DNA of 64,000 nt. Origin: Octopus vulgaris. Taxonomy: Eukaryota. The stretch is from the NCBI GenBank assembly GCA_951406725.2, contig OX597840.1:1674001-1738000 (forward strand), in the 5' to 3' direction. Position numbers and translations under genes: made by a program. Below, one piece after another: positions 30,120-45,767 of the stretch (position 1 is the first letter of the stretch; every line of letters begins with the position of its first letter). The notes beneath the pieces are model-generated. The model did not search any database, was not told the DNA's origin, and saw nothing but the letters and a program-made list of their open reading frames with translations.

Positions 30120-30400
30120 TCCTATTCTTTAACTAGTTCCAGCCAGAGGCTGGGCCCATGCTGGAGAACTGCCTTTCGTGATCTTGGTACCGATTTTCTG
30201 GTGAAGAATGCCTTTGGGCGAAGCTGCTCTTCTTCGTGCTTCCTGGATCTCAGATAGAAATTTCTCCATGTGCATTTTGAGCGTTTTCACATCTACACCT
30301 TGCAGATCTCTTAGGATCCTTGGCAGGATTTTAAACACAGGTATTCCCCTGAAACCCAAACTATTCAATATGCAATATCGGTTCCTTATCTGTGACATAT
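30120..30400 (-). mobile_element. CR1-group LINE 3' fragment
   Basis: NSLGFRGIPVFKILPRILRDLQGVDVKTLKMHMEKFLSEI parallels the C-terminus seen at 10369-10632. Confidence 0.65.
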
Positions 30401-30907
30401 ATTCGTTTTACATCTCTTACATGCTTCAATCATTGGACTGCAAACACACATCATCTATAAGTTTAAACGGTTTAACAGAACCAATCGACCTCAGTTCTTA
30501 TATTCTATTTTAAAATCTAGTACTTATTCTAACACTCTAACTTTGCCCAACCGGCAGGTTACGGTTACGTATACTAAACCCAATTCCCAAGGAATTGCGG
30601 GAACCGGGGACAAAAACATCCATAGTTATATACAAATGTACTTCGAACTTCCACGCAATTTCCGTTTCCCAAATTCTTGGTTAGACAATAGATATTTACA
30701 CAGGTGTTGAGCTCTGGAACTGCGCAGGAATTCACGTCGTTGCGAGACGAGCTTTTAACCACAGACCATCGCATGTATCACTCAAATTTTTCTCGTTTCT
30801 CTTTCGTTTAAGTCCCTGATTCATATCTCCCTCCACAGTCAACTACATCTCTATCTTTATCTCCCGTTTCTCTCCCCTTTGTCTCTACCTACCACACTGT
30901 ACTTCTT

Positions 30908-30980
<73 letters not shown>

Positions 30981-30993
30981 ACCTACCTATCTA

Positions 30994-31054
<61 letters not shown>

Positions 31055-31063
31055 ATATATATA

Positions 31064-31138
<75 letters not shown>

Positions 31139-31951
31139 ATATCTATCTATCTATCCATCTATCTATCTACCTATCTATCTATCTATCTATAACCCGTCTG
31201 ACTTTCTATGAATTTTCTACTCTGCTTTTATCACTTGCCCTCTCGCTCACTCACTCACTCAATCACTCAGTCACTCACTCAGTCTCTCTTTTCCCCTCTC
31301 TATTTCACAATCTATGATCTCCCTTTGCCTATCACTCATTCTCCCTTTCTCCCCATCTCTATGTAACCTCACTGGTCTTCCACACATTTCCTTCTCATTT
31401 TGTTATAACTCTTCCACTCACGCCTCTCTCCCTCTCTCTCTCTCTCTCTTTTATTATTTACAATTATTTATGATTATTTAATTCACCTGTCTCAACTATT
31501 AACGACTTCTCATATTGCATTTATAACATCTCTCCCAACCTCCATAATCATCCATAATTCTCTGAGACTCTCCTTCATTCCTCTCACAAAATTTAACCCC
31601 CTCTCACTCTTTATCCATTTGCTCTCCTTTATTTCTCTTAATCATTCCCCTTCTAAATTTTCCACACTCTCCTTCGCTATTTGTCTGCTCTTACCATGTT
31701 TTCTCTTAATTTCTTTTTCTCTATGTTGCGTATCACTCTTAATCTTCTCAAACTCCCAGGCACGATGGTTCTCTGATTCTGAGATTCTCTTCTCTCTCCA
31801 CTATTAACTACCTCTCACCTTTCACCTGTCACCTCTGCCAAACTCTCTTCCTTCCTCGACTTTCGAATTATTTACCCTTTCAAGCCCCTCTCTACCTCTC
31901 TTTCAATTATTTCTCATTCAAACTGTTCTTTTTCTCATCCCATTTCATTGC

Positions 31952-32082
<131 letters not shown>

Positions 32083-32219
32083 TATATATATATGTATATG
32101 TGTATATATCTATATATACAAACAGACATACACATACAAACACACACATGCATAAATATATACATGTACTGATTTGTTTAGAAAGATCCATTGACAGTAA
32201 GATTGATTGACAGACAGAC

Positions 32220-32277
<58 letters not shown>

Positions 32278-32406
32278 ATAGATTAGATAGATAGGTAACT
32301 GTTTAGACATACAGTGGTAGACAAATCTCTAAGTGAATGCATAAATAGATGCTTATTGTATTTATATATGTATGGGTGAGTGTATGAGTTAGTATACATA
32401 CATACA

Positions 32407-32470
<64 letters not shown>

Positions 32471-33029
32471 TGCCTATATATGTGCGTGTAAGAAGACATA
32501 TATGCGTATTTATATATGTATGTATAGATGTGGGTTTATATAAATGCCTATATATATATATGTATATACACACATTTGTGAGTGTGTGGGTGTGGGTGTG
32601 TGTGTAAACAAGTACAAACAACCACACACTCTAGCATATGTATAAATATACCATTGTATTTCGGTGTCCCTGTACATATGGAACACAATCACACATAACA
32701 AACATACATATACACACACAAACTTAAGTCACATAGATACAGGCAAATATACACATACGTACTATACGTTTGATATATTCACCTTACACACACTCACAAA
32801 ACACACACATACTTTCACCCATAATTATACACACACATACTTTCACACATACGAATACACATACGTACATTCTCATATCTTATGCTTCACCAATTCTTTG
32901 CCAGAAACACTTTGGGCAATGCGTGCCATAGGAAGAAGCGCAGGGAATGGGTACAAGAAACGCTAAAGACAAAGCGGTCTATAAAAGCACACTACAATCC
33001 AATATATGTGTGCGTGTGTTTGTGTGTGT

Positions 33030-33082
<53 letters not shown>

Positions 33083-33285
33083 TGTATATGTTTTTATGTA
33101 TTTGTATGTACGTATGTATGGTTGCTTGCATGTAAGTATGTATGTATATATATGTATATATATATATACACACATTTATATATTTATATATATATGTATG
33201 TATATATACATGTATGCACGCCTATATATATATAGCCACGTACACAAAAACATGCAATTAATATGTTCAGTCACAAACGCGCACA

Positions 33286-33336
<51 letters not shown>

Positions 33337-33454
33337 CAGAGATAGAGACGGGCAGAGAGAGACAGAGACAGATATACACACAGACAGAAAGATAAACCGA
33401 GAGAGATAGAGAGAAACTGAGATGTATACATACATACATAAATATCTATCTATC

Positions 33455-33573
<119 letters not shown>

Positions 33574-34103
33574 TCATTATATATAAGTATATATATTTGT
33601 TTGTTCATATAAACATAGGCAAAGAGAGAGAGTCTTACACTCGTATACATACATGTAAATAGGTCTATATAGGTATTTGCATAACACAGACAAAACCGTA
33701 CACTCATACATACCCTAGCACACACACACACACACACACACAGAAACACATACTGACAGGCATTTCATACGTACATACGTCTATTTACAAATGATGGTCA
33801 CCCATCTATTCTGTGTTTTTGTGTTTGTATATTGTTTTTCCTCTGTTTTTCTAATTTCTTTTTTTTTTCCTTTTCCTTTTCCTTTTCCTTTTATGGTCTG
33901 ATTTCTTTTCGGAAACAGACTGAAGGAATATTTTAATGTTTCATTCACGATAAGTATTTGGTGATCTCAAGACTTCCGGTCATTGTAACTGCTTCCGTTG
34001 CGTAGCCACTCTCAGAATTTAGTGATTTGCTGAAGAATGTAATGGCAGATGAAAATGTCTGCCGGCCAGTTGAATATTTAACGTCGCCCATTACAACCGA
34101 ATG

Positions 34104-34853
<750 letters not shown>

Positions 34854-34985
34854 GTCAGGTTCCTTTTGATGTCCCCCATCACTTATGACCCTGCCGCTGA
34901 TAAAAGAAATTCTTTTTATGATTATTTTTTTTGTTGTTGTTGCTACTGTTGTTGTTGTTGTTGTTGTTGTTGTTGCTGTTATTGT

Positions 34986-35017
<32 letters not shown>

Positions 35018-35051
35018 TTGTTGTTGTTGTTGTTATTGTTGTCAAAATTAT

Positions 35052-35370
35052 AAGGCGGTGAGCTGGCAGAATCGTTTAGCGGTATTTCGTCTGTCGTTAC
35101 ATTCAGAGATCAAATGCCTTTCATCCTTTCGGAGATGAAATTAAGTACCAGTTACGCACTGGGGTCGATGTAATCGACTTAATCCGTCCGTCTGTCCTTG
35201 TTTGTCCCCTCTATGTTTAGCCCCTTGTGGGTAGTAAAGAAATAGGTATTTCGTCTGCCGCTACGTTCTGAGTTTGAAATTCTTGCGAGGTCGACTTTGC
35301 CTTTCTTTACTTCGGAGTCGATAAATTAAATACCAGTTGCGTGCTGGTGTCGATCTAATCGACTGGCCCC
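35052..35370 (+). mobile_element. SINE family B, tandem partial copies
   Basis: AAGGCGGTGAGCTGGCAGAATCG head and the GTAAAGAAATAGGTATTTCGTCTG junction. Confidence 0.85.
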
Positions 35371-35531
35371 ATCTCATCATTCTTTAGGCTTCGTGGGTAT
35401 AGTATGATGGATCATTATTTATATTCTTGTTTTCTTTTTTTCATTTTTTTTTGTTTAGCTGAGAAGAACAATTCTCTATTCGTCTCGTCACGTTATCGTA
35501 TATATTGCTACTACTCTTACTGCTTCTGCGG

Positions 35532-35597
<66 letters not shown>

Positions 35598-35624
35598 TTA
35601 TTACTACTGCTGCTGCAGCTGCTG

Positions 35625-35663
<39 letters not shown>

Positions 35664-35694
35664 TTATTATTGCTGCTGCTGCTACTGCTAATAT

Positions 35695-35747
<53 letters not shown>

Positions 35748-35863
35748 ATAATAATAATAATAAAACTAATAATAATAATAATAATACATTAAAAACACAG
35801 GCCGCATCCGTTCCTCTTTTGAATCTAGGCACATAGTCAATCGCAATCGCTTTTAGGGTTCAT

Positions 35864-35911
<48 letters not shown>

Positions 35912-36044
35912 TTCATTCTTCTTCTTCTTCTTCTTCTTCTTCTTCTTCTTCTTCTTCTTCTTCTTCTTCTTTTATTCTTCTTCTTCTTCTTATTATTATT
36001 ATTATTATTATTATTGTTATTATTGTTATTATTATTATTATTAT

Positions 36045-36404
36045 TTTATGTTTGACTTTTGCTTTATATTTGTACAAGTTGGCTCCAAGTCTCACCCAGA
36101 TACCTCAAGAGACAACAGGGTTGGAAGTTCATGTTTTTGTTATGCCTAGTGTGCCATATATTTGGGGGGTGGGGATGTTGTACTAATGAATGTCTAAAAA
36201 AAAAGTTTTTTTTTTTTTTTTTTTTAACCGAAAATTATGTTTGTTTTAAACCTTGAGATTACATAGAGAGTATTTTGCGTAGGATATGAGCAGTTCCCAT
36301 GAGCACTATCTTTTGAACTTCTGCCATTTTTGGGTTTCCTGGTATCTGAGTTAGGTAGCTATCAGCCCCTTTTGCTATCATTCCCAGGGCACCTATGACA
36401 ACAG

Positions 36405-36408
<4 letters not shown>
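36045..36408 (-). mobile_element. R4/Dong-like RLE LINE 3' end within (TAA)n
   Basis: IPVVIGALGMIAKG...EVQKIVLMGTAHILRKILSM* is the end of a restriction-like endonuclease domain, followed by a 3' UTR; (TAA)n on both sides. Confidence 0.85.
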
Positions 36409-36474
<66 letters not shown>

Positions 36475-36479
36475 CGTTT

Positions 36480-37045
36480 TCATTAGCATCTTCTTTCAAT
36501 TCTGTTTCCAGATTCTTCATTTACAAACTCATGTGAAACAGAAAGAGGCGAAGAAAGACAGAGAATAACGAAACAAATAAAATAAAGGGGAAAAACCAAA
36601 ATAGATCTAAGTGACAATGCTCTTCTCAGTACGTGAGACGAATCGGTTAAGACAATATTTTGCACTTCCTATATGGATGGTAAACCAGGGATCATTCACA
36701 AATAATTTTCAGTTCCATTTTCGATCATTTCAAGTTCTACAATCGCTGGTATACTAACCGTCTTCAGACACCATATCTTTTCGATTTTGCCTTGCAAATC
36801 TTTATATGTTCTGAGCTTGTCAATTTCTTTTGCCGAGATATGGTACTGGGTATGCTCATGTCAATAAATAACCAGGCTTCTATTGTTTGGGTCTTTCACA
36901 ACAATGACTGGTTTATATGCTTTTATGGTCCGGTTTGTACATACTGGGACGTCCCAAAGAATCATTACATTTTCTCCTTCTGTTATAGCCTCAGGGTAGT
37001 GCTTGTACCATTTGTCAGCATTTTTGATTTTATAATGTCCACATT
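36480..37045 (-). pseudogene. Second R4/Dong-like LINE copy, frameshifted RLE domain
   Basis: Manual translation: KWYKHYPEAITEGENVMILWD...KAYKPVIVVKD...FIDMSIP...KLRTYKDL...EVQNIVLTDSSHVLRRAL, with stops and frameshifts. Confidence 0.8.
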
Positions 37046-37442
37046 ACATCGACCCCAATGCGTAACTGGTACTTAATTTAAGGCGGAGAACTGGCAGAAA
37101 CGTTAGCACGCCGGGCGAAATGCTTAACGGTATTTCGCTTGTCGTTACGATATGAGTTCAAATTCCGCCGAGGTTGACTTTGCCTTTCATCCTTTCGGGG
37201 TCGATAAATTAAGTACCATTTACGCATTGGGGTCGATGTAATCGACTTAATACATATGTCTGTCCTTGTTTGTCCCCTCTGTGTTTAGCCCCTTGTGGGT
37301 CATAAAGAAATAGGTACTTAATTTAAGGACCCCGAAAGTATGATAGGCAAAGTCGAAATCGGCGGAATTTGAACTCAGAACGGAACGGCAGATGAAATAC
37401 CACAAAGCATTTCGCGTGCTAACATTTTTGCCAAGTCCCCGC
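37045..37442. mobile_element. SINE family B copies in opposite orientations
   Basis: Plus copy at 37081-37315 flanked by minus fragments. Confidence 0.85.
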
Positions 37443-37446
37443 CTTG

Positions 37447-38345
37447 ACATTATCTTGATATTGTCATTTTCGATTGCTTCTTCTGAGTTTTGCTCACACC
37501 ACGTCTTTGCAATCTTCATTCATTAGTTCCCACACAACTTCCACTGAGTGCAGCCAGCTATTCTTTCGTGTCTTCAATTGGATTCTTTCTGAGCCACGTT
37601 CCGTATACTCCGTCGGTTAAGACGATAAGGAGGCGAGCTGGCAGAAGCGTTAGCATGCCGGGCGAAATGCTTTGCGGTATTTCGTCTACCGTTACGTTCT
37701 GAGTTCAAATTCCGCCGAGGTCGACTTTGCCTTTCATCCTTTCGGGGTCGATAAATTAAGCACCAGTTACGCACTGGGGTCGATGTAATCGTCTTAATAC
37801 CTATGTCTGTCCTTGTTTGCCCCCTCTATGTTTAGCCCCTTGTGAGTAATAAAGAAATAGGTTAAGATGATGAGTGTTGCAATAAACCCGATCAACGAAG
37901 TGCTTGCAAGTGAAATTAACGTGGGGCTGGGGTGACCGATAACTCTACAGATACATATAACCTTCACGTAGTTAGCATGGAGACTCAGCATGACACGGAA
38001 TATATCAAGGCTGGCTCTTTCAATTACAAGCACTACTCAATATCGCCAGCTGTGCTAGCTGTAGCAAAGTAAAATAAGGATCTTTCTCTAGACGCAAAGC
38101 GCCGTCGGGAATCGAACTCACGACCTTACGATTACGAGCACCTTAACGCAGCTTCGTGCTCTCACTCACAGTTTACCATAGCGCCTCCTGTTATCTCTGC
38201 ACAGCTTGCAATTCTCACTTTCTGCCACGTTGTCAACCATGGTGCAATTCGTAACAACCGCTTGTTCCTCTGTCGCACAGATAAATGCTTCTATCTCTGT
38301 TTTGAAATCACCCTTCCTCAGCCAGTGCCACCACCCAAAGACATC
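37447..38345 (-). pseudogene. Third R4/Dong-like LINE remnant (zinc-knuckle region) interrupted by SINEs
   Basis: 38165-38345 gives WHWLRKGDFKTEIEAFICATEEQAVVT...CKLC; 37447-37612 gives RHERIA...WKLC...TWCEQNSEEAIENDNIKIM. Confidence 0.75.
37627..37860 (+). mobile_element. SINE family B, full length
   Basis: GGCGAGCTGGCAGAAGCGTTAGC...GAGTTCAAATTCCGCCGAGGTCGAC...CCCCTTGTGAGTAATAAAGAAA. Confidence 0.9.
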
Positions 38346-38497
38346 GGTATTTCTGCTGGCAGCGACGTTAGCACCTCGGGCGAAATGCGTAGCCGTATTT
38401 CGTCTGCCGTTACGTTCTGAGTTAAAATTCCGCCGACGTTGACTTTGCCTTTCATCCTTTCGGGTTCGATTAAATGAGTACCAGTTACGCACTGGGG

Positions 38498-39619
38498 TTG
38501 ATATAATTAACTTAATCCGTTTGTCTGTCCTTGTTTGTCCCGTCTATGTTTAGCCCCTTGTGGGTAGTAAAAAAATAGGTATTTCGTCTGCCGCTACGTT
38601 CTGAGTTCAAAATTGATATAATCAACTTAATCCGTTGTCGGTCCTTGTTTGTCCCCTCTGTGTTTAGCCCCTTGTGGGTAGTAAAGAAATAGGTATTTCG
38701 TCTGCCGCTACGTTCTGAGTTCAAAATTGATATAATCAATTTAATCCGTTTGTCTGTCCTTGTTTGTCCCCTCTATGTTTAGCCCCTTGTGGGTAGTAAA
38801 GAAATAGGTATTTCGTCTGCCGCTACGTTCTGAGTTCAAAATTGATATAATCAACTTAATCCGTTTGTCTGTCCTTGTTTGTCCCCTCTATGTTTAGCCC
38901 CTTGTGGGTAGTAAAGAAATAGGTATTTCGTCTGCCGCTACGTTCTGAGTTCAAAATTGATATAATCAACTTAATCCGTTTGTCTGTCCTTGTTTGTCCC
39001 CTCTATGTTTAGCCCCTTGTGGGTAGTAAAGAAATAGGTATTTCGTCTGCCGCTACGTTCTGAGTTCAAAATTGATATAATCAATTTAATCCGTTTGTCT
39101 GTCCTTGTTTGTCCCCTCTATGTTTAGCCCCTTGTGGGTAGTAAAGAAATAGGTATTTCGTCTGCCGCTACGTTCTGAGTTCAAAATTGATATAATCAAC
39201 TTAATCCGTTTGTCTGTCCTTGTTTGTCCCCTCTATGTTTAGCCCCTTGTGGGTAGTAAAGAAATAGGTATTTCGTCTGCCGCTACGTTCTGAGTTCAAA
39301 ATTGATATAATCAACTTAATCCGTTTGTCTGTCCTTGTTTGTCCCCTCTATGTTTAGCCCCTTGTGGGTAGTAAAGAAATAGGTATTTCGTCTTCCGCTA
39401 CGTTCTGAGTTCAAAATTGATATAATCAACTTAATCCGTTTGTCTGTCCTTGTTTGTCCCCTCTATGTTTAGCCCCTTGTGGGTAGTAAAGAAATAGGTA
39501 TTTCGTCTTCCGCTACGTTCTGAGTTCAAAATTGATATAATCAACTTAATCCGTTTGTCTGTCCTTGTTTGTCCCCTCTATGTTTAGCCCCTTGTGGGTA
39601 GTAAAGAAATAGGTATTTC
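38498..39619 (+). repeat. 115-bp tandem array (about 9.8 copies) derived from SINE family B
   Basis: TTGATATAAT unit starts at 38498, 38613, 38727, 38842, 38957, 39072, 39187, 39302, 39417 and 39532, continuing from a SINE-B copy starting near 38352. Confidence 0.95.
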
Positions 39620-39939
39620 CGCTGCGGTCTCTCTCACAAACAGCAAATATATCATTTCATCTTTCTCTGCCGCATTCCTTACTCTGTTTCCTTCCTTTAT
39701 ACCGCTCATCATTTCGTATAAACCACTTCCCAACAACAAAAACTCTAAAGTCTCCTCGTAATATACCTAAATCCTGATACTCCTAGGCTAATTGACACTC
39801 TTCAACATCAATTACCCTTCTCATCCTCCTTCACTTCTCCAATTCTTCTCTTCTCCCTCTTCTCCTTTTCTTTTCTCCCTCTTCTCCTTTTGTTCCTCTC
39901 CCCAACTTCCTATTTCTCTCGCCTTTCTCTTCATCCACA

Positions 39940-41358
<1,419 letters not shown>

Positions 41359-41795
41359 GATGCTGTTGTCGTTCTTGTTGTTGCCGCTTATATTTACTTA
41401 TTTATTAGTGCTGTTTTTCGTCAGTCGGTGGTGTCGCTTTGTGTTTGATGCTAGTAGGGCAAAAAAGAACGTAGATAACAGTGTATTTGTAACATACCGT
41501 AGTAAATCTAAGTATGCTTGGTTTATTGAGACAATAAATATAATAACAAAAAATGCAGACAGAAACGAGAATGTGTTTGATAAACCTACTAACGCACAGC
41601 ATTGTTTAGAGAGATGAAAGATAAAATAAGTGCGTATGTATGGCTATATATATATATATATATCTATGTGTATGTGTGCGTGTGTTTATGTGTGTGTTTG
41701 TTTGAGTGTATGTATAGTGTATATATGCATAAATATATATATATGTATGTATACATGCACAAATGTCTATCAATCTCGCTATCCATCTACGTATA

Positions 41796-41841
<46 letters not shown>

Positions 41842-41854
41842 TATATCACATATC

Positions 41855-41887
<33 letters not shown>

Positions 41888-42028
41888 CGTGTGTGCGCGT
41901 TTTTGTGTCTCTGTGTGCATTGATAGATAGATAAATAAATAACGAGATACACATATATGTATATGCATATAATATTCGTGAATACTTTATTCATACATAA
42001 ACATATTTATATACTATTTAAGTATATA

Positions 42029-42089
<61 letters not shown>

Positions 42090-42395
42090 ACACATATATA
42101 TATATCTACATATATATTTATATATATGTCATGTGTATTTATATACTAGTATGTCTGTCTACCTATTAACCTATATATAATGTGTGTGTACATGTATATA
42201 CATATGTATATATGTATATGTATAACTATATATATGTATGCGTGTGTATGTATGTATGTATATGCGTGTGTATTAGCACCTCGTGAAAACCTTTTTTTAC
42301 AACAGAAAAATGCACCAGGCTGCTCCATAATATTAATGATTTGATTCCAGAACTAAGTAGTGGTGTGTGTATATCTATGTCTGTTTGTATGTTTC

Positions 42396-42438
<43 letters not shown>

Positions 42439-42845
42439 CTGTGTGTCCTTATGCATATGGAAGTAATTGACTATTATTGAAAATTTTTTTGGTGAAACTA
42501 TAGATCATATATAGATATATGGAAAGAAACGATTATAAATGAATGTATGCGTTTGTTCGCAATTGTTTATGTGTTTTTGCCTCTCTATGATTACCATGAT
42601 ACAATTTTTCTCTGTTGTCTATTCATGTGAAAAGCCCAATGTGTTCCCATTCCCCCACCCAAAATCAAATAAATGGATACATGCTTAAACGTAGAATGCC
42701 GTAGCTCTGTGGGTAAGGAGGTGGCTGTGCAGCCATATACTTTCGGGTTTAGTCCCCATGTGTTCTAGCCCATTCTTCTACTATTGCTCCTGCTTTGTGA
42801 ATAAGTTAGACTGAAACCTTTAGGAAAGCTGTCGCATATATATAT

Positions 42846-43054
42846 ACGCCATGATAGATCGTTAGCTCCTACACGCATTTTTCTCTCTCCTTGTTTCTCT
42901 CCGTGTTTCTTTTCTGTGTATCTTTCTGTTGAAGAGCGTCGGCTCGAAACGTAAAAGACTTCTTTTATTTCTATTCCTGAGCTTCCATACTAATACATTT
43001 GTTTGTTTGTACTCCACCTGCCTTCGTCTTTTGTTTATTTTCGTAAACCTTCCC

Positions 43055-43058
<4 letters not shown>
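42846..43058 (+). mobile_element. TA-flanked short element with a minimal hammerhead-like motif
   Basis: 42921-42958: TCTTT-ctg-TTGAA-GAGC(gtcg)GCTC-GAAAC-GTA-AAAGA. Its 3' part (ACCTGCCTTCGTCTTTTGTTTAT..TCGTAAACCTTCCC) recurs at about 49104-49143. Confidence 0.55.
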
Positions 43059-43110
<52 letters not shown>

Positions 43111-43533
43111 GGCGTAGGAGTAGCTGTAGGGTAGGTAGCTTGCTTACGAACGACTTGCTTCCGGGTTCAGTCCCACTGCGTGGCATCTGGGGCAAGTGTC
43201 TTATATTATAGCCTCGGACCGACCAAATCCTTATGAGTGGATTTCGTAGACGGAAACTGAAAGAAACCCGTCGTATATATGTATATGTAAATATATATGA
43301 GTGTGTGTTTGTGTGTCTGTGTTTGTCACTCCACCCCACCCAACATCGGTTGACAACAGAACCTGGTGTGTTTAGGTCCCCGTAACTTAGCGGATCGGCA
43401 AAAGAGACCGATAGAATAAGTACTAGGCTTTGAAAGAATAAGTCCTGGGGTCGATTTGCTCGACTAAAGGTGGTGCTGCAGCATGGCCATAGTCAAATGA
43501 CTGAAACAAGTAAAAGAGTAAAAGAGTAAAAGA

Positions 43534-43535
<2 letters not shown>
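43111..43535 (+). mobile_element. SINE family A, full length
   Basis: GGGTTCAGTCCC B-box and (GTAAAAGA)3 tail. Confidence 0.9.
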
Positions 43536-43595
<60 letters not shown>

Positions 43596-44048
43596 TTCAT
43601 CAGCTGACATCAATAAGATTACGATTGTATCCTAGGCAGCGGTACTAATTATTAACGGTTATTTCCTAACGACATAATCGTTACAAATTTGATTTAACGG
43701 ATTTCAATTACCTTGGATGTCACATTACACCCCTATATATTGGTTTACTCTGTGGCTTGTAGCCTGATCCTCTAAAAGGGTTTCTTTGTGAGCGCCACCT
43801 GATTCATTAAATCCATATATCGGGCATTAAATATCCATACATCATTTGCACGATGTGGAGAATATATCACCAGCATTGTCCAAACGGCCACAACAATAGT
43901 TTCAGAATTCAACTAAGGCTAGCACCAAGGGTCATCGTCCCCTACACAATTCAATGTCATAACACATAGATACACTGCAACACAATCTATTTTCCTCAAC
44001 AGGCCCTACCCTATTTAACACTACCCCCCAAAACAAATCAGAGAGGAC

Positions 44049-44110
<62 letters not shown>

Positions 44111-44142
44111 TTTATTTAAAAGCAGCAAAAATTCAACAAAAC

Positions 44143-44179
44143 CCGTTACTCGGAGTTTCACGTCCTGTTCGTCGGACAA
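44143..44179 (-). ncRNA. Minimal hammerhead-like motif (CCGACGA core)
   Basis: Minus strand: TTGT-CCGACGA-AC(aggac)GT-GAAAC-TCCGA-GTA-ACGG; stem III ACTC-c-GAGT; in a 160-bp island between (TA)n tracts. Confidence 0.5.
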
Positions 44180-44267
44180 TTTTTGTTTTTAAATAAATCA
44201 TATTATTCTACCCCTGGTATTTGAGTACTCCTTTTTCCACCTTGTTCCACATTTATGTGTTTACTCC

Positions 44268-44343
<76 letters not shown>

Positions 44344-44464
44344 ATAGAGGGCATTATTACACATAAATGCCTCACACTAGGAGGGACAAAGTCATTACTA
44401 CCAAAATTATACTAATCATACCCAAATGCAGTTTTTCAAAGCAAGACATTTAAAAAATGAATTT

Positions 44465-44522
44465 AGTTCTGTATCACCGTGATTTCACATTCAACTTACG
44501 TCTAATGATCTTCAGCAGAACT
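44465..44522 (-). ncRNA. Type-I hammerhead ribozyme motif, best preserved
   Basis: Minus strand: AGTTCTG-CTGAAGA-T-CATT-a-GAC(gtaa)GTT-g-AATG-T-GAAA-TCAC-g-GTGA-TA-CAGAACT; perfect 7-bp stem I, AUA site. Confidence 0.8.
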
Positions 44523-44764
44523 GATTCTGAACACATCATAAATAAACTACCAACCTTACGTAGCGAAGACGAACAGACAACTGCTCACTCCGGCCAAGCA
44601 CATGGAATGTTTATGAATCATATATCCGGTAAATGGCGGGCTTTTTACGAACTGCATGTCGGGTAACGCTAGCTACCCGATAATTTCTTGTTAAGATCCC
44701 TTATTAAGAGATTATCCTTAATTGTTAAACTTATATATATATATATGTATATATATATACATGT

Positions 44765-44833
<69 letters not shown>

Positions 44834-45014
44834 AATTGAAAATCAATGACGTTTTTACTGCAGCAACTGCACATTGCTCTCTATGCAATTATGCATCCTA
44901 GTCACTGCGATTTCATCAATCTACATATTTCATTAACTCCACACACACACCCACACCCACATCCACATCCACACACTCACACACACACACAGATATATAT
45001 GTATATATATATAT

Positions 45015-45690
45015 ATATGACGGGTTTCTTTTAGTTTTCGTCTAGGGAATCCACTCCAATGTTTATAGTTGGACCCATGTTTAAATTTACAGAGACTTGT
45101 CCAAAGTGCCGCGCAATGGTAGTCTACACGAAATCATGCGAGTTGAAAGCAAGCTTTTTACAACACCGACATATTTTTATGTTTCACTTTACTTCTTTCA
45201 GTATTGGATTCTGGCCGTGCTGAAATATCAATCGAACAAATCGCCTCCAGTATTTATTTATTTCCCATAAAACCTGGTAACTATTCTTTCAGTGCCTATC
45301 ACTGAATCGCTTCGTTACGGTTAAGTAAACAAACCAACATCCGTTGTCAATTGGTCTTGAGCGTAAACACAATTAAATAAACTTTCTCTGGCACGCACAC
45401 ATGGACAAACATAGAAACACACACGTACATACAATATGGCTCCGCATAATTTTCATTTACCAAATTCCCCCACAAGGCATTGGTTTGACCGTTACTGTAG
45501 TAGAGGACGCTTATTTTAAAAGCCGTGCATCGGAACTGAACCTAAAGCTACGTAATTTCAAAGTGCAGTTGATAAACACACAGACAATAGCTGCGTCTAT
45601 ATACCTAGTCTTTGAAAACATTTAGTTACCATGCCAGGCGAGCCGACGCTCCAGTTTGGCCGCAATCTAATGCTTGAAACAAGTGAGAGA
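45015..45690. mobile_element. Old, degenerate SINE family A copies
   Basis: Diverged matches, mostly on the minus strand. Confidence 0.65.
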
Positions 45691-45767
45691 TAATAGACTA
45701 ATACCGTAAATTTGAATCTAAACTTACTTTAAATTATGATAAATTATATCAGCTTTGAAAATATTTA

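Noticed and set aside
38498-39619. CRISPR-like array
   Set aside because: Whole units are near-identical with no variable spacers; SINE-derived.
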